NCBI GenBank assembly: GCA_964517495.1
Contig: CAZFER010000019.1
Location: forward strand, 19,835-83,834
DNA: 64,000 nucleotides
Direction: 5' to 3'
Source of the DNA: an uncultured bacterium
GTDB taxonomy: Bacteria > Hinthialibacterota > Hinthialibacteria > Hinthialibacterales > Hinthialibacteraceae
The position numbers and the translations under genes were made by a program. Below the pieces are notes generated by a model. The model did no database searches, was not told where the DNA came from, and worked only from the letters and a program-made list of their open reading frames with translations. Of the stretch, positions 1 through 10,933 are shown in pieces (the first letter of the stretch is position 1; the number at the start of each line of letters is the position of its first letter).

Positions 1-113
1 CGATCAACATCCTGAATTGGTTGAAAAGATGAGACACATCATGGTATCAGCACGTGTACCTTCAGACCAATTCCCGTTTCCTGCTTTGGATAATATAGAA
101 GGATAATCAACAT

Positions 114-1157
114 ATGGACAGACGCCTATTTTTGAAAACGCTGGCCGCTATGACATCAAGTCTGGCGTTACCATCAAACAGTCATTCTCAAGAAAATCCA
201 ACCAATGACCAATGGGGCGACTTATTGCCCTTGCGTCGTTTGGGCAAAACCAACGAATGGGTAACCATGCTGGGATTGGGAGGGGCGCATATGAGCGCCC
301 AATTCGGTGAATCCTCCTCCCAAGAGCTGATCGAACTTGCCATTGAAAGCGGGATTCGCTTTTTTGATACAGCCACGCTTTACAGCAATGGCCTGAGTGA
401 AAAACGTTACGGCAAATACCTGACACCCAAATACCGGGATGATATCTTTTTAATGTCCAAATCACATGGCGGGCAGCACTCCGGCACCACTGCAAACACC
501 GCTCGCCAGCATTTGGAAGATTCACTGCGCAACATGAAAACCGATTACCTTGATCTTTGGACCATGCACCAGATCATGAGTCCAGCCGACGTTCAGACGC
601 GCATCGACAAAGGCATACTTGAGGTGATGCTCGAGGCCAAAGAACAAGGCAAGGTTCGCCACATCGGTTTTTCCGGCCATCGTACACCGGAAGCCCATCG
701 ATACCTGTTGGACCATACCGATATCTTCGAAACATGCCAGTTACCCATAAATTGCGCTGATCCCAGTTATGGAAGTTTCATCCGAAATATCGTCCCCACG
801 TTGGTGGATCGGGGAATGGGGATCATCGCCATGAAATCGCTGGCAGCGGGAGGTTTTTTTGGCGGCACTCAGTTTTTCAAACCGGGGAACCGCCCCAAAT
901 TATGCCCCGACCGCATCAGCGTGGAAGAAGCCATCCACTTCACCTTATCCATGCCCGTAAGTGTATTGGTAACCGGTGCGGATACGATGGATCAATTACG
1001 CGAAAAAGTAGAGTATGTACATTCATACATTGGCATGACCGAACAAAAGCAGGATGAATTAATCACCAAGGTCGCCGATTTAACCCCCAATAAAGGCGTG
1101 GAGTTCTATAAAGCCGAACAACTCGCCGTGGATGATTGGAATTTACATATTTTTTAA
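114..1157 (+). CDS. aldo/keto reductase family oxidoreductase, Tat-type signal peptide
   Basis: 347 aa ORF from an ATG start. The N-terminal RRLFLKTLAAMTSS motif is Tat-like. Aldo/keto reductase (AKR) motifs are present (GIRFFDTATLYSNG, GFSGH). Confidence 0.85.
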   Translation: MDRRLFLKTLAAMTSSLALPSNSHSQENPTNDQWGDLLPLRRLGKTNEWVTMLGLGGAHMSAQFGESSSQELIELAIESGIRFFDTATLYSNGLSEKRYGKYLTPKYRDDIFLMSKSHGGQHSGTTANTARQHLEDSLRNMKTDYLDLWTMHQIMSPADVQTRIDKGILEVMLEAKEQGKVRHIGFSGHRTPEAHRYLLDHTDIFETCQLPINCADPSYGSFIRNIVPTLVDRGMGIIAMKSLAAGGFFGGTQFFKPGNRPKLCPDRISVEEAIHFTLSMPVSVLVTGADTMDQLREKVEYVHSYIGMTEQKQDELITKVADLTPNKGVEFYKAEQLAVDDWNLHIF

Positions 1158-1172
1158 GAATCAGTTTATTCC

Positions 1173-1211
1173 GGTAGGCTCAAAATGCGATGTTTGCATT
1201 TTGAGCCTACC
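1173..1211. terminator. bidirectional rho-independent terminator hairpin between convergent genes
   Basis: Perfect 16 bp inverted repeat (ggtaggctcaaaatgc / gcattttgagcctacc) in the 70 nt gap between the + gene ending at 1157 and the - gene ending at 1228. Confidence 0.6.
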
Positions 1212-1227
1212 CTATAAGTTATAAAAC

Positions 1228-2397
1228 TTATTGAGAAACATGTACAAAGGCGTCATAAGCCTCTTTGGTTTTGCCTTCAACCGCACCATTTCGATGAATC
1301 CACAAACGGTAGTTCATCGTTACTCCATCATCATCCGGTGAGAGTTGATGGGTTTGCATACCCGGCCAGCAAACGCCAATAAAACCGTAATGGCGCAGCA
1401 ACCAAATGGATGGATAATCGATATTTTCTTCATCCTGAAAAACAGCAATCCCTGAAAAAGAATCCCGATCGTTAAACCGGGCTGATAAATCCGCCCAGGG
1501 AAAAGCGTCGTGCAACACATCACGTTTCTGCAAACCGGTTGAGGTTGTGATCTGGGTATCCTGGCGCTGCCCAAAACGAAGATTAAAACCACCATACCCT
1601 TTGTTCGGTTCACCTAGAATGGTAAGCGGCTGCCCCACCGCTTTCCACTGCACCTGCACATCCATTACCCGGCCTGTATCACCGGCGCGGTAGATGACGT
1701 AATGGGTAATCTCTTCCATCACTTTTTTCTCACCCACATAACAACCGCTTTGAGTGCCCAACATCGCACACACAGGACCGGTCTCTTTATACAGCCATTT
1801 TTCAAAACGATAGGACATTGTGGTCAATGACCAGTTATCATAAATTTTGTCACCAATTCGAATACGTGGCCACCCGCAATAAAGCCCGCGATGATGGTAA
1901 TGATCCCGTGGGTAATCATCTGTAAGAATCTCTCCATCCAACCCATAAATGGGATGAACAAAACAGCTATGATATCGCTCCTCACTGACATTGGGATTTG
2001 GAATCATGCCATGATTGTAAACAAAAACCGGTTTGCCATCTTCATATAATCCCAATCGCTTCTCGTCCTTTTCCTTAAAAGCAAAAGGTGAATCCACCGG
2101 TTTTTTATCGGATTCAATCAGCTTCATTTCAAAAGACTGGTTGGTTTTGGCAAGACTCGCAGGAAGAATAAAATGGATCCGCTTGGCAACATGATTGGAC
2201 CGTTGCACAGGAAGACGTTGTTTCAACCCATCCGTTTCAACTGATAGTTCGTATGAACCGTCGTCTGCCAATGAGGGTGATGATATGGCGTCAAAATCAC
2301 ATTGAACAGGAACATCAATCTCATAGTTCAAATCTTTCAGTTCGAAAGGAGCGGCTTGAAAAGTCAAAAGCGAAAGGAGCACAGCAAACGTATACAT
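1228..2397 (-). CDS. secreted hypothetical protein, possibly PmoA-like/DUF6807
   Basis: 389 aa ORF with an ATG start and an N-terminal signal peptide (MYTFAVLLSLLTFQAAPF). No motif I can assign with confidence. Confidence 0.55.
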   Translation of the reverse strand: MYTFAVLLSLLTFQAAPFELKDLNYEIDVPVQCDFDAISSPSLADDGSYELSVETDGLKQRLPVQRSNHVAKRIHFILPASLAKTNQSFEMKLIESDKKPVDSPFAFKEKDEKRLGLYEDGKPVFVYNHGMIPNPNVSEERYHSCFVHPIYGLDGEILTDDYPRDHYHHRGLYCGWPRIRIGDKIYDNWSLTTMSYRFEKWLYKETGPVCAMLGTQSGCYVGEKKVMEEITHYVIYRAGDTGRVMDVQVQWKAVGQPLTILGEPNKGYGGFNLRFGQRQDTQITTSTGLQKRDVLHDAFPWADLSARFNDRDSFSGIAVFQDEENIDYPSIWLLRHYGFIGVCWPGMQTHQLSPDDDGVTMNYRLWIHRNGAVEGKTKEAYDAFVHVSQ

Positions 2398-2447
2398 GGT
2401 CTTATCATCCTTTTATTTATTTTATTTCATATTATCCTACATTTTAC

Positions 2448-3437
2448 TTAATAAGGTCCGCGAATATGATCTTTTACCTTCTCCTCGTAAAACGGCTTTA
2501 ACTGGGCATGCAATTCCGGGCTCAAAGGCGGTAATTCACTGGCGCTGATATTCCCTAAAACCTGCTGCGGATTTCGTGCGCCCGGGATCACCACACTCAC
2601 CGCATCAAAATCAAGAATCCAGCGCAACGCCATTTGCACCAGGGTCATTCCTTCCGGCACCATGGTTTTCAATTCATCCGCCAATTCCACTCCCTTTTCG
2701 AACGGCAAACCGGCGAACGTTTCACCGACATTAAACAGTTGGCCATCACGATTAAAGTTACGATGGTCATTTTCAGCAAAGGTGGAATTCTTTGTTAATT
2801 TCCCCGCCAATAATCCACTCGCGAGCGGCAGTCGAATAATCAATGCGATTCCTTTTTGCTTGGCTTTATCAAAAAGCACATCGATAGGTTTTTGCCTAAA
2901 AATATTGAATATGATTTGCAGCGACGCCAATCCTTCCTGCTCCAGGCAAAAGAGCGCCTCCTCCATCGATTCCACACTTGCCCCAAATTGCTTGATTTTC
3001 CCTTCCTGTTTCAATGTCCGCAACCACTCAAACATGTCGCCCTTTTTCAGTTCATCAAATGGAAGGCAATGCAATTGGGTTAAATCCAATGCCTCAACAC
3101 CTAATCGCTGAAGTGACGCTTCGGTATGCTTGCGAAACCACTCAAAGGAAAAGTTCTGCGATCCTCCTGGGTCAGGAAATCGCCCTAACTTGGAAGCGAT
3201 AAAAATCCTATCCGATCGGCTCTTTAAAAATCCCCCAATTAATGTTTCACTTCGTCCCGCGCCATACACATCGGCCGTATCAAAAAACGTAATGCCATTA
3301 TCCGCCGCAGTTTCCAACGTTCGCAGCGCGTCCGCCTCACTGACATCCCCCCAATCAGCGCCGCCCAACTGCCAGGCGCCCAAACCAATTTCCGAGGTTT
3401 GCACACCAGTATTTCCAAATGTTCTGTGCTTCATCAT
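2448..3437 (-). CDS. aldo/keto reductase
   Basis: 329 aa. AKR N-terminal block (FGNTGVQTSEIGLGAWQLGG, ITFFDTADVYGAGRSE). Paralog of the gene at 114..1157. Confidence 0.85.
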   Translation of the reverse strand: MMKHRTFGNTGVQTSEIGLGAWQLGGADWGDVSEADALRTLETAADNGITFFDTADVYGAGRSETLIGGFLKSRSDRIFIASKLGRFPDPGGSQNFSFEWFRKHTEASLQRLGVEALDLTQLHCLPFDELKKGDMFEWLRTLKQEGKIKQFGASVESMEEALFCLEQEGLASLQIIFNIFRQKPIDVLFDKAKQKGIALIIRLPLASGLLAGKLTKNSTFAENDHRNFNRDGQLFNVGETFAGLPFEKGVELADELKTMVPEGMTLVQMALRWILDFDAVSVVIPGARNPQQVLGNISASELPPLSPELHAQLKPFYEEKVKDHIRGPY

Positions 3438-3618
3438 GTATGCTCCTAAGTTTGAATGTCTCTTCTATTGTGCGCGTCTTGTTTTCATTAATAAAGTGAT
3501 TGTTAATAAACTTTCCTGGTATATAATCCTTTACGATACGAAAACACCAGTCCAAGATATTCATTGATACAAAATGGACTCTTCAGACTTCAAATGATCT
3601 TGAAACAAAGGAATTATT

Positions 3619-5286
3619 ATGAATTTAACCTTCAATAGGCGCGAGGCCATCACTCTTATGTCCAGTTTTGTAAGCATGAATGTTTTGGCCACGGTGCCTA
3701 TCGATGACATCGTGAACCGTCATGATCAGCAACTTGACGACATCCTCAAGCGGCAAAATACGAATGCTCAGAGTCAATGGTGTGGTGCTTATCCCAATTC
3801 GTGGGGCCTGTATTCATGCGGTTCAGCAGGACGAATCGTCGAATTGGGTACGGCCTTGTACCTTCATCCCCAATCCCGTCATCACCACAATAAGAAAATA
3901 CTACAACGTATCAAATTGGCTGTTGATTTTTTGAAATGTGGTCAGTCATCCGATGGATTGATCGACCTGCTTACCACCAATTTTGATTCCCCACCTGACA
4001 CGGGATTTGTGGTTCATCATGTGGCCACCGCGGCGAAACTGGCCCGCATTCACAAGGCTAAATCCATCGAATCCATGATCAAGCCGTTTCTGATCGATGC
4101 CGGCCATGGGATGGCGGAGGGTGGAATCCACACACCCAACCATCGTTGGGTGGTCAGCGCGGCACTGGCTCAAATTCATGATCTTTATCCTGATCCCCGC
4201 TTCATCAAACGAATTGATCAATGGTTGGCGGAAGGAATCGACATCGACGCAGAGGGCCAATTTATCGAACGCAGCACCACGGTGTACAACGCTGTCAGCG
4301 ATAATTCCCTGGTCACCCTCGCTCATAAATTGAATCGCCCTGAACTATTGGAAACCGTTCGCCAAAACCTGAATGCCATGCTCTATTTACTACATCCAGG
4401 ATATGAAGTGGTGACCGAAATTTCCCGCCGGCAGGATATCAACACACAGGGAACCATGCGCCGTTACTGGTTCGCCTTGCGGTACATGGCCCATAAAGAT
4501 CAGAATGGACAATACGCGACTATCGTGCATCACCTCGAACCGGAACACATCAGCCTTCCCCTTTTGATGGAATATCAGGAATTGCAAAAACCTTTACCAC
4601 CGAAAAAAGCAATCCCAACGGATTATGTTAAATCGTATCCTCTCAGTGAAATTACCCGGATTCGGCACGGTAAAACCAGCGCCGTCATTATGCACAAACA
4701 CAACAACCGTTGGTTTTCGCTGCGCCGGGGTAAAGCCGTTATAAACGCCGTTCGCTTTGCTTCCGCCTTTTTTGGCAAAGGCCAATTCAATCCCGATCAC
4801 TTTGAAGAAAAAGAGGGTGTCTACTATTTTGAACAACATCTCCAAGGCCCTTACTATCAGCCGATTGATAACCCATCATTACTGCCTGTGACACGTGAAC
4901 ATTGGGGAGCCTACCGTGGCCAGCGTGAAAAGAGCAACATCTGCAGGATGACATACAAAACCACTATTCGTGAAATATCCAATGGATTCGAATTACACAT
5001 CCATGCTTATGGCACTGAGAATGTCCCCCTTGCCATCGAAATTAACCTCCGGGATGGAGGCAAAATCGAAGGTGTCAAACCAGCGCCCAATGTCTCGGAT
5101 GCGTTTCTTTTGCCAGAAGGTTATGTGATATATAAAATGGGAGAAGATATGATTCGCTTTGGCCCAGGACTCGCTAATCATGCCTATACCCAGGTCCGAG
5201 GGGCTGAAGCCAAATTAACCGGTCCCAGCATTTATTTAACCGCCTATACACCTTTTGAACACACGCTAACCTTTGAATTTGTTTAA
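3619..5286 (+). CDS. secreted hypothetical protein, possibly alpha/alpha-toroid polysaccharide-lyase-like
   Basis: 555 aa ORF with an ATG start. The N-terminus has an RREAITL Tat-like signal. No confident family assignment. Confidence 0.55.
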   Translation: MNLTFNRREAITLMSSFVSMNVLATVPIDDIVNRHDQQLDDILKRQNTNAQSQWCGAYPNSWGLYSCGSAGRIVELGTALYLHPQSRHHHNKKILQRIKLAVDFLKCGQSSDGLIDLLTTNFDSPPDTGFVVHHVATAAKLARIHKAKSIESMIKPFLIDAGHGMAEGGIHTPNHRWVVSAALAQIHDLYPDPRFIKRIDQWLAEGIDIDAEGQFIERSTTVYNAVSDNSLVTLAHKLNRPELLETVRQNLNAMLYLLHPGYEVVTEISRRQDINTQGTMRRYWFALRYMAHKDQNGQYATIVHHLEPEHISLPLLMEYQELQKPLPPKKAIPTDYVKSYPLSEITRIRHGKTSAVIMHKHNNRWFSLRRGKAVINAVRFASAFFGKGQFNPDHFEEKEGVYYFEQHLQGPYYQPIDNPSLLPVTREHWGAYRGQREKSNICRMTYKTTIREISNGFELHIHAYGTENVPLAIEINLRDGGKIEGVKPAPNVSDAFLLPEGYVIYKMGEDMIRFGPGLANHAYTQVRGAEAKLTGPSIYLTAYTPFEHTLTFEFV

Positions 5287-5420
5287 TCCATCACCACATA
5301 ACCGCCATCCATTGATTTCTGAAATTAAGAAGAAATCATTCTTTTTCCAGTTTTCCAATTATTATGCTAATATAATATGGTATATAATGATTAAGACATT
5401 CAAATCGAGTAAGTGGTCAG

Positions 5421-5540
5421 CCATTTGAAGCACTATTCCCTTCCCAAGACTTGGAGGGCCAGGGGAGGGTTGATAATTAATGCGGTGAGAAAATCCTTTA
5501 ACCCACTCCTGACCTCCCCCATTTCATTGGGGGAGAAATA
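5421..5540 (+). repeat. composite GC-rich palindromic intergenic repeat, family A copy 1
   Basis: gccatttgaagcaCtattccCttcccaagaCttggagggccaggggagggttga followed by cctcccccatttcattgggggag. A near-identical copy lies at 47552-47660. The second half recurs at 8466-8500 and inverted, mosaic copies lie at 62511-62640. Confidence 0.7.
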
Positions 5541-5624
5541 TAGGGGAACCCATTATCAGTTTTCACTCCCTTTCCACTTCATACAGCTGACTCGTTACTA
5601 AAATGATTCGAGGGGGCAATAAAC

Positions 5625-8453
5625 GTGTTTAAATTCTTCAAAAAACGATTTGTTCTTATATCACTTATCGTCCTTATTCTGTTGGTAGCCGTAATTGGCC
5701 TGGTGTTCATCAACCTGGGTGGCATCATTCGAAGTAACAAAGATGCCATTCTAGCCAAAGTTGAAGAATCCATCGGACGAAAAGTAACCATCGAAAAGAT
5801 GGACGTGTCAGTCTGGAGTGGGGTGGGAGTGCAATTAACGAATATCACAGTTGCCGAGGATCCCGATTTCTCTGAAGACCATTTCATTACCGCTAACGAA
5901 GCCGATCTCTATTTCAAACTCTTGCCCCTGCTTGGCAAGCGAATCGAAATCTCCCACTTAACCGTCCATAAACCGTCCATACAAATCATCAAAAACAAGG
6001 ATGGCCAGTATAATTTCACCAGCCTTTTGGCATCCAATTTAAACAGCACAACAGAAACAAGTGCAACAACCTCTGAAACATCAGCTATCTCACTAACTCT
6101 TTCCAATTTTGAATTGCTTGACGGACAAATCAAAGCAATCCAGCAATCAGACAACCAAACCTTGCAACTCACCGATGTGGATATGAATGTCCGTAATTTC
6201 TCTCTCGATAAAGCCTTTCCCCTTAAGGTATCCCTGGCGTGGGATAGCGAGAATCCCAACCTAACCTTGGATGGTGATATCGGACCATTAGCCGCAGAGG
6301 ATCAGCCGATATCCATAAATACAAATATCACCTTCGACCAACTTGCATTATCAAATGTGCAATCGATCATCCCGGCTGCGGTTTCGCTTCCCAAAGACCT
6401 TGAACTGAATGGTTCGATCTCCGGAAAAACACTTGTTAAAGGCAGCCTGGATCATCTTCAAATCAATGCCGATCTTGATGCCACCGAGAGTGGAATCAAA
6501 ATGAATCCCCAATTCAATAAACCCAAATCCACTCCCTTTAAAGTGAAATTTGATTCAAGTTTGGTCGATAAAAACCTGAGTGTACAGAATGTGAATGTAA
6601 CCCTTGATACGATTAACTTAAAAGGCGAAGGCAAAATCGTTTTACAAGAAACACCCTCTTTTGACCTGGATGTCAAAACAGATGGATTGGATATTTCCAA
6701 GATAAGTACTTATGTACCACAACTTCAATCAACACTCCCCAGGGACATCTCAGTTGATGGCGCTATAACCGGAAATGCTCTAATAAAGGGAACGCTGGCA
6801 GACCTTCAAATTCAAACAAAGTTGGATGGTTCAAATGCCGTCATTGAAATGAAAGATTTACTGGCCAAAGCGAAGAATGTACCTTTTCATCTTGACCTCA
6901 ATGCCCATAAAGCAGGTAACGCGATCGATATCAAAAAAAGCGTCATCAGGCTCGACAACGCTGAAGTGCAAGCCATTGGCAGGATGTCGATGGGTAAAAC
7001 GTCCTCCTATGATTTGGATGTTAATACCAATGATATAAAACTATCAAACCTTTCGTCACATGTTTCACTTTTAGAAGAGTATAAACCAACGGGTGATGTT
7101 CATTTCAACGGCCATATTGACTACGACGGCAAAACCCCCTTGATCGAGGGAACACTCTCTCTCAAAAATGTTGAAGTCACTGTCCAAAAAATTCCCAACC
7201 CTATTTCTGATCTTAATGGAGAGATCACCTTTGAATCGAAAACCGCAATAACAGAAAACCTCGGATTAAAACTGGGCCAATCCACCATCAAAGCCGATGC
7301 ACAAACTTCATCATTATCACCAATTGCTTTATCTTATACTATATTATCCCCCCAACTTCATGCCACCGATATTTTCGCCGCCCCGGAAGCCATGAAAAAG
7401 GATATCATGCAAAATGTCGAAATTTCCGGTAACGTGGAGATGAAAGAAACGTTGAACAGCAAGGGCACAATCAAGTCACAAAATGGCATTTTCTATGGCC
7501 TTCCCTACTCTGACCTGACAGGCACATATCAATTTGAAGACCAAATTCTCACATCAAATGATTTGACCTTGCAAACCATGAAAGGAACCGTCGTTGCTGA
7601 CCTGACCTACAACATGCAAGAAACTCCCTATGCCTTTGAAATCAATGCGGAAACTCAACAGGTCGATGTGATGGAATTGGTACGCACTCGTTTTTCGTAC
7701 ATCCCGCCGCTATTGGAAGGGCGCTTAAACACAAACCTAAACCTGTCGGGCAGTGGTACTGATTGGGAGAGCATTAAACCAAGTTTAAAAGGCAAAGGCT
7801 CTGTTCAAATTTTGGAAGGATTGCTACTGGATACCAATATCGTCAATAAAGTGCTTGATGGAATGACCGGCATGCCCGGTGTTTCCAATTTTATCTCCGC
7901 CAATTTCGGGCAGGATTATCCCCAAATCTTTAATTCAAAACATACCGCGTTTGATCAACTCAAGTTTGATGCCCTCATCCAGGATGGCAAAGTCGACATT
8001 CAAAACCTTCTTATTGACGCCACTGAATGGCTGGTGGGTGGCACGGGTTATGTTGATTTCAAGCAGAATCTCTATACCGATTCCACCCTGAAACTTTCAA
8101 AAGGTTTTTCTGACTACCTGATTGGTAAAGTCAACATATTTAAATACTTGACCAATCAAGAGGGTAGCATGATCATCCCCTTCCTGCTCAAAGGTCCGCT
8201 ATCCAGCCCAACCCCGCAGCCAAAAGTCGACCTGGTGCAGTCCCTGCTGCAAAAAGCGGTCATGGGCAAAATCGGCGAGCAACTACAGGACAAGGGAGCG
8301 CCCAATATGTTGCAGGGCGCTTTGGATTTGCTCAAGCAACCAAGTCAAAAGAAGGTGGAATCCGGAACGAAAACCGAAGAAAAGGAGTCCCCTAAAAGCC
8401 CATTGGATATATTCAATACGATCAAAAAGGGTATTGATAAGAAAAATGAATAA
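5625..8453 (+). CDS. AsmA family outer-membrane biogenesis protein
   Basis: 942 aa ORF with a GTG start after a GAGGGGG ribosome-binding site. It has an N-terminal transmembrane anchor and an AsmA-like N-domain (KVTIEKMDVSVWSGVGVQLTNI). The body is a long repetitive beta-rich region and the C-terminus is Lys/Glu-rich. Confidence 0.75.
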   Translation: MFKFFKKRFVLISLIVLILLVAVIGLVFINLGGIIRSNKDAILAKVEESIGRKVTIEKMDVSVWSGVGVQLTNITVAEDPDFSEDHFITANEADLYFKLLPLLGKRIEISHLTVHKPSIQIIKNKDGQYNFTSLLASNLNSTTETSATTSETSAISLTLSNFELLDGQIKAIQQSDNQTLQLTDVDMNVRNFSLDKAFPLKVSLAWDSENPNLTLDGDIGPLAAEDQPISINTNITFDQLALSNVQSIIPAAVSLPKDLELNGSISGKTLVKGSLDHLQINADLDATESGIKMNPQFNKPKSTPFKVKFDSSLVDKNLSVQNVNVTLDTINLKGEGKIVLQETPSFDLDVKTDGLDISKISTYVPQLQSTLPRDISVDGAITGNALIKGTLADLQIQTKLDGSNAVIEMKDLLAKAKNVPFHLDLNAHKAGNAIDIKKSVIRLDNAEVQAIGRMSMGKTSSYDLDVNTNDIKLSNLSSHVSLLEEYKPTGDVHFNGHIDYDGKTPLIEGTLSLKNVEVTVQKIPNPISDLNGEITFESKTAITENLGLKLGQSTIKADAQTSSLSPIALSYTILSPQLHATDIFAAPEAMKKDIMQNVEISGNVEMKETLNSKGTIKSQNGIFYGLPYSDLTGTYQFEDQILTSNDLTLQTMKGTVVADLTYNMQETPYAFEINAETQQVDVMELVRTRFSYIPPLLEGRLNTNLNLSGSGTDWESIKPSLKGKGSVQILEGLLLDTNIVNKVLDGMTGMPGVSNFISANFGQDYPQIFNSKHTAFDQLKFDALIQDGKVDIQNLLIDATEWLVGGTGYVDFKQNLYTDSTLKLSKGFSDYLIGKVNIFKYLTNQEGSMIIPFLLKGPLSSPTPQPKVDLVQSLLQKAVMGKIGEQLQDKGAPNMLQGALDLLKQPSQKKVESGTKTEEKESPKSPLDIFNTIKKGIDKKNE

Positions 8454-8465
8454 ATTGGCAAGACA

Positions 8466-8500
8466 ATAATCGTTCTCCTAACCTCCCCCATTTCATTGGG
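8466..8500. repeat. family A repeat, half copy (hairpin cctccccc-atttcatt-gggggagg), likely a bidirectional terminator
   Basis: Sits in the gap between the + gene ending at 8453 and the - gene ending at 8570. The same hairpin occurs at 5511-5537. Confidence 0.55.
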
Positions 8501-8569
8501 GGAGGAATAGAAAAACCACTACACATGTACTACTTCATAAAGCCGATATTTTACATTAATGTTTACCCT

Positions 8570-9631
8570 TTAATGCCCCATCCAATCAGCCTTCATACCT
8601 GAGGGCTTATCGATTGGATCATCCCTTCCATGCAATGGTCCGATATACTTTTTCGCCAAAACCACATCATCAAACCAGACCTTGATCCAATGTCCCGCTG
8701 GTTTTGAGGTATAGACATAAAGCCAGACATAATTCGCCTTGAGTGCTTCCACGCTGCGCCATGCGAAGCCCTCAAACGTATTATCCGTGTTTGTACTTGG
8801 GCTCCACCAGCCACCTGTCCAACGTCCTTTGGGAAAGCCAGGCCCGATATGGTTCACCACCTGTCCATCACGGCGATGGAGTTTCCCATCGATCCAAAAT
8901 GCCATCTCTCCATTGCTGGCATCCACGGGATCATTCATCTTCACCATGATTTCCACACAGATCCACTCACCTTTTTCCACCTTGGGTTTGCTTACTCCAT
9001 GCATAAATGGCGTACCCCAATAGTTACCATCCCCATGTACATGCATTCCCTGCCAGTAGGAATAAAAATCCCATGTCCAACTTGATCCATAGGGTTCCAC
9101 ACCAATTGTGAAGCGTTTATTCCCATCCGGACGCTCCCCCGCACCGCCTTGCGGCCAGGGCGTAGAGGGATTATATCCACCAATATGAGTGCCAAAATGA
9201 TGCAACTCCCCACACTCATGAGCAAATTTCACATAAAAGCGCGCAAACAAGGTGTCAACGCCCCATCCACCTGCCTCGTTTTTGATTCGCCGGTAAAGAT
9301 GAGCACCCGAGCCTTTAGTCCGTTCAATGATAAACGATTGCCTACCCGCGCTCTTGCCAGGAACATCCGTCCCAAACGCCATGTTTTCTCTATGGCTCAC
9401 ACTCTCCCAACGGTTCCACATCTGATTAAGGCTGTTCTCTTCAAAGTTTTCGACAAACAACACATCCGGATCATTTTCGATTCCTTCATCTCCGATATAC
9501 TCAGCCGCAATCCCCGCATGCCCTTCCGGAAGTTGGGCATCGACTTCATCATTTTGTCCAGATCCTATATGGGCATACCCAATTCCATTCATGACTAAAT
9601 ACATGATAAATAACAGTTTGAATATATTCAT
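8570..9631 (-). CDS. secreted hypothetical protein
   Basis: The ORF track extends to 9661. The internal ATG at 9631 gives a clean signal peptide (MNIFKLLFIMYLVMNGIGYA). No family recognised; Trp/Gly-rich. Confidence 0.5.
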   Translation of the reverse strand: MNIFKLLFIMYLVMNGIGYAHIGSGQNDEVDAQLPEGHAGIAAEYIGDEGIENDPDVLFVENFEENSLNQMWNRWESVSHRENMAFGTDVPGKSAGRQSFIIERTKGSGAHLYRRIKNEAGGWGVDTLFARFYVKFAHECGELHHFGTHIGGYNPSTPWPQGGAGERPDGNKRFTIGVEPYGSSWTWDFYSYWQGMHVHGDGNYWGTPFMHGVSKPKVEKGEWICVEIMVKMNDPVDASNGEMAFWIDGKLHRRDGQVVNHIGPGFPKGRWTGGWWSPSTNTDNTFEGFAWRSVEALKANYVWLYVYTSKPAGHWIKVWFDDVVLAKKYIGPLHGRDDPIDKPSGMKADWMGH

Positions 9632-10049
9632 GACTAAACACCTTCCCCAAAAATCGTTCATCTAATGACTGGTTATTATTCCAAATTCAATCCGCTTGGA
9701 CTTTTCATTATAGAAAAACCATGAAGTAAAAAAAGAAAACCAACCCTTGGTGCGTTCGAATTCACAGATTCTTCTTCCATAGATTAATCAATCCATATTT
9801 CTTGTGTAACTTAGATGATACTCAATTTGATTTTTCAAGCTACAAATTCACATTCTATCATGTACTCTTCCTTCAGTTGGGTTTTCTTGCATTTAAAGCA
9901 TTATACTTTGATATTTCATTACTTAGAAACAATCTCCCTTCCATGTCAATCATTTTTTATCCATTTCTCAAAACTGGTACTCAAATTGCTTAATATAGAG
10001 AACAATCAATGACCTTATCCGATAATAATTCAACTTAGGAGGAAATCGT

Positions 10050-10919
10050 ATGCAATTCCACAAACTCATTTCGCTTTTCATCATGGTTCTTTTTCTGGTT
10101 CCTGCAGCGTGGGCACAAAACAGCCCATTGGCTGGGAATTGGATTTTAACCGATGGTGGTGTTGAAGGAGGGGAATATAGCGTTTTCGAAATCGATAACC
10201 GGGGAAACACCACATTTTCCGCATCCTACCCTTATGTCATCGACAATCAGGAGTACATCTTCGATGTCAACCACCTGGGAAAAATGAACGTCAATGAAAA
10301 CGACCAGGTTATTTACGCCGGCTTGGCCAATGGTGAAGCTCAAGGAACGGATGGTGACATTACCGTTCGCTTAGAGGTTGGCGCCACCGGAATAGTCAGC
10401 ACCGATAACAACATGATCGCTGGCGTATGGGCGAACTCCGAACAATACACCACCCCTTCAGGCACCTTTCAGGATCAAAACTCACTTCCCTTTATCCTGG
10501 TACGTGAAGGCTTCGATCCCGGGACCCCCGGTGAAGCCCTCGCAGGAACGTGGGAAATATCCATCCAAGGCGAAAACCTGGGTTGGACCGGCCAGGTTAC
10601 TTTAAATCCCGATGGAAGCATGATCGGTGAATATGCTGACACCGGAAATGTTCCCAGCGTTCCCCTTGCTGGTTTTTTCTCCTATTCGGAAGACAAACAG
10701 TTTGATTTTTCATACTCCACCACCACCTCTTTGCCGGTGGTGGGTGAAACAACCTTTACGTTTTCAGGCGAAGGTGAAGGCAATGAAGATAACACCCACA
10801 TCGAAGGCGTGTGGTCCTTCACCGTCGAAGTTTCCGGCCTGGCATCCAAAACCTTCAACGGAACCTTTGAATTAACCAAAATCGAAGAAACGCGTATTCC
10901 AAACTGGCAGGTATTTTGA
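10050..10919 (+). CDS. secreted hypothetical protein
   Basis: 289 aa. An AGGAGG ribosome-binding site precedes the ATG. Signal peptide ending AAWAQ. Confidence 0.55.
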   Translation: MQFHKLISLFIMVLFLVPAAWAQNSPLAGNWILTDGGVEGGEYSVFEIDNRGNTTFSASYPYVIDNQEYIFDVNHLGKMNVNENDQVIYAGLANGEAQGTDGDITVRLEVGATGIVSTDNNMIAGVWANSEQYTTPSGTFQDQNSLPFILVREGFDPGTPGEALAGTWEISIQGENLGWTGQVTLNPDGSMIGEYADTGNVPSVPLAGFFSYSEDKQFDFSYSTTTSLPVVGETTFTFSGEGEGNEDNTHIEGVWSFTVEVSGLASKTFNGTFELTKIEETRIPNWQVF

Positions 10920-10933
10920 TCGAAATTTGTAAG

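Noticed and set aside
2662-3567. Several plus-strand ORFs (2662..3111, 2856..3083, 3130..3567)
   Set aside because: They overlap the minus-strand aldo/keto reductase gene, which has clear family motifs, or its upstream region. They are Ser/Pro/Asn-rich with no domain.
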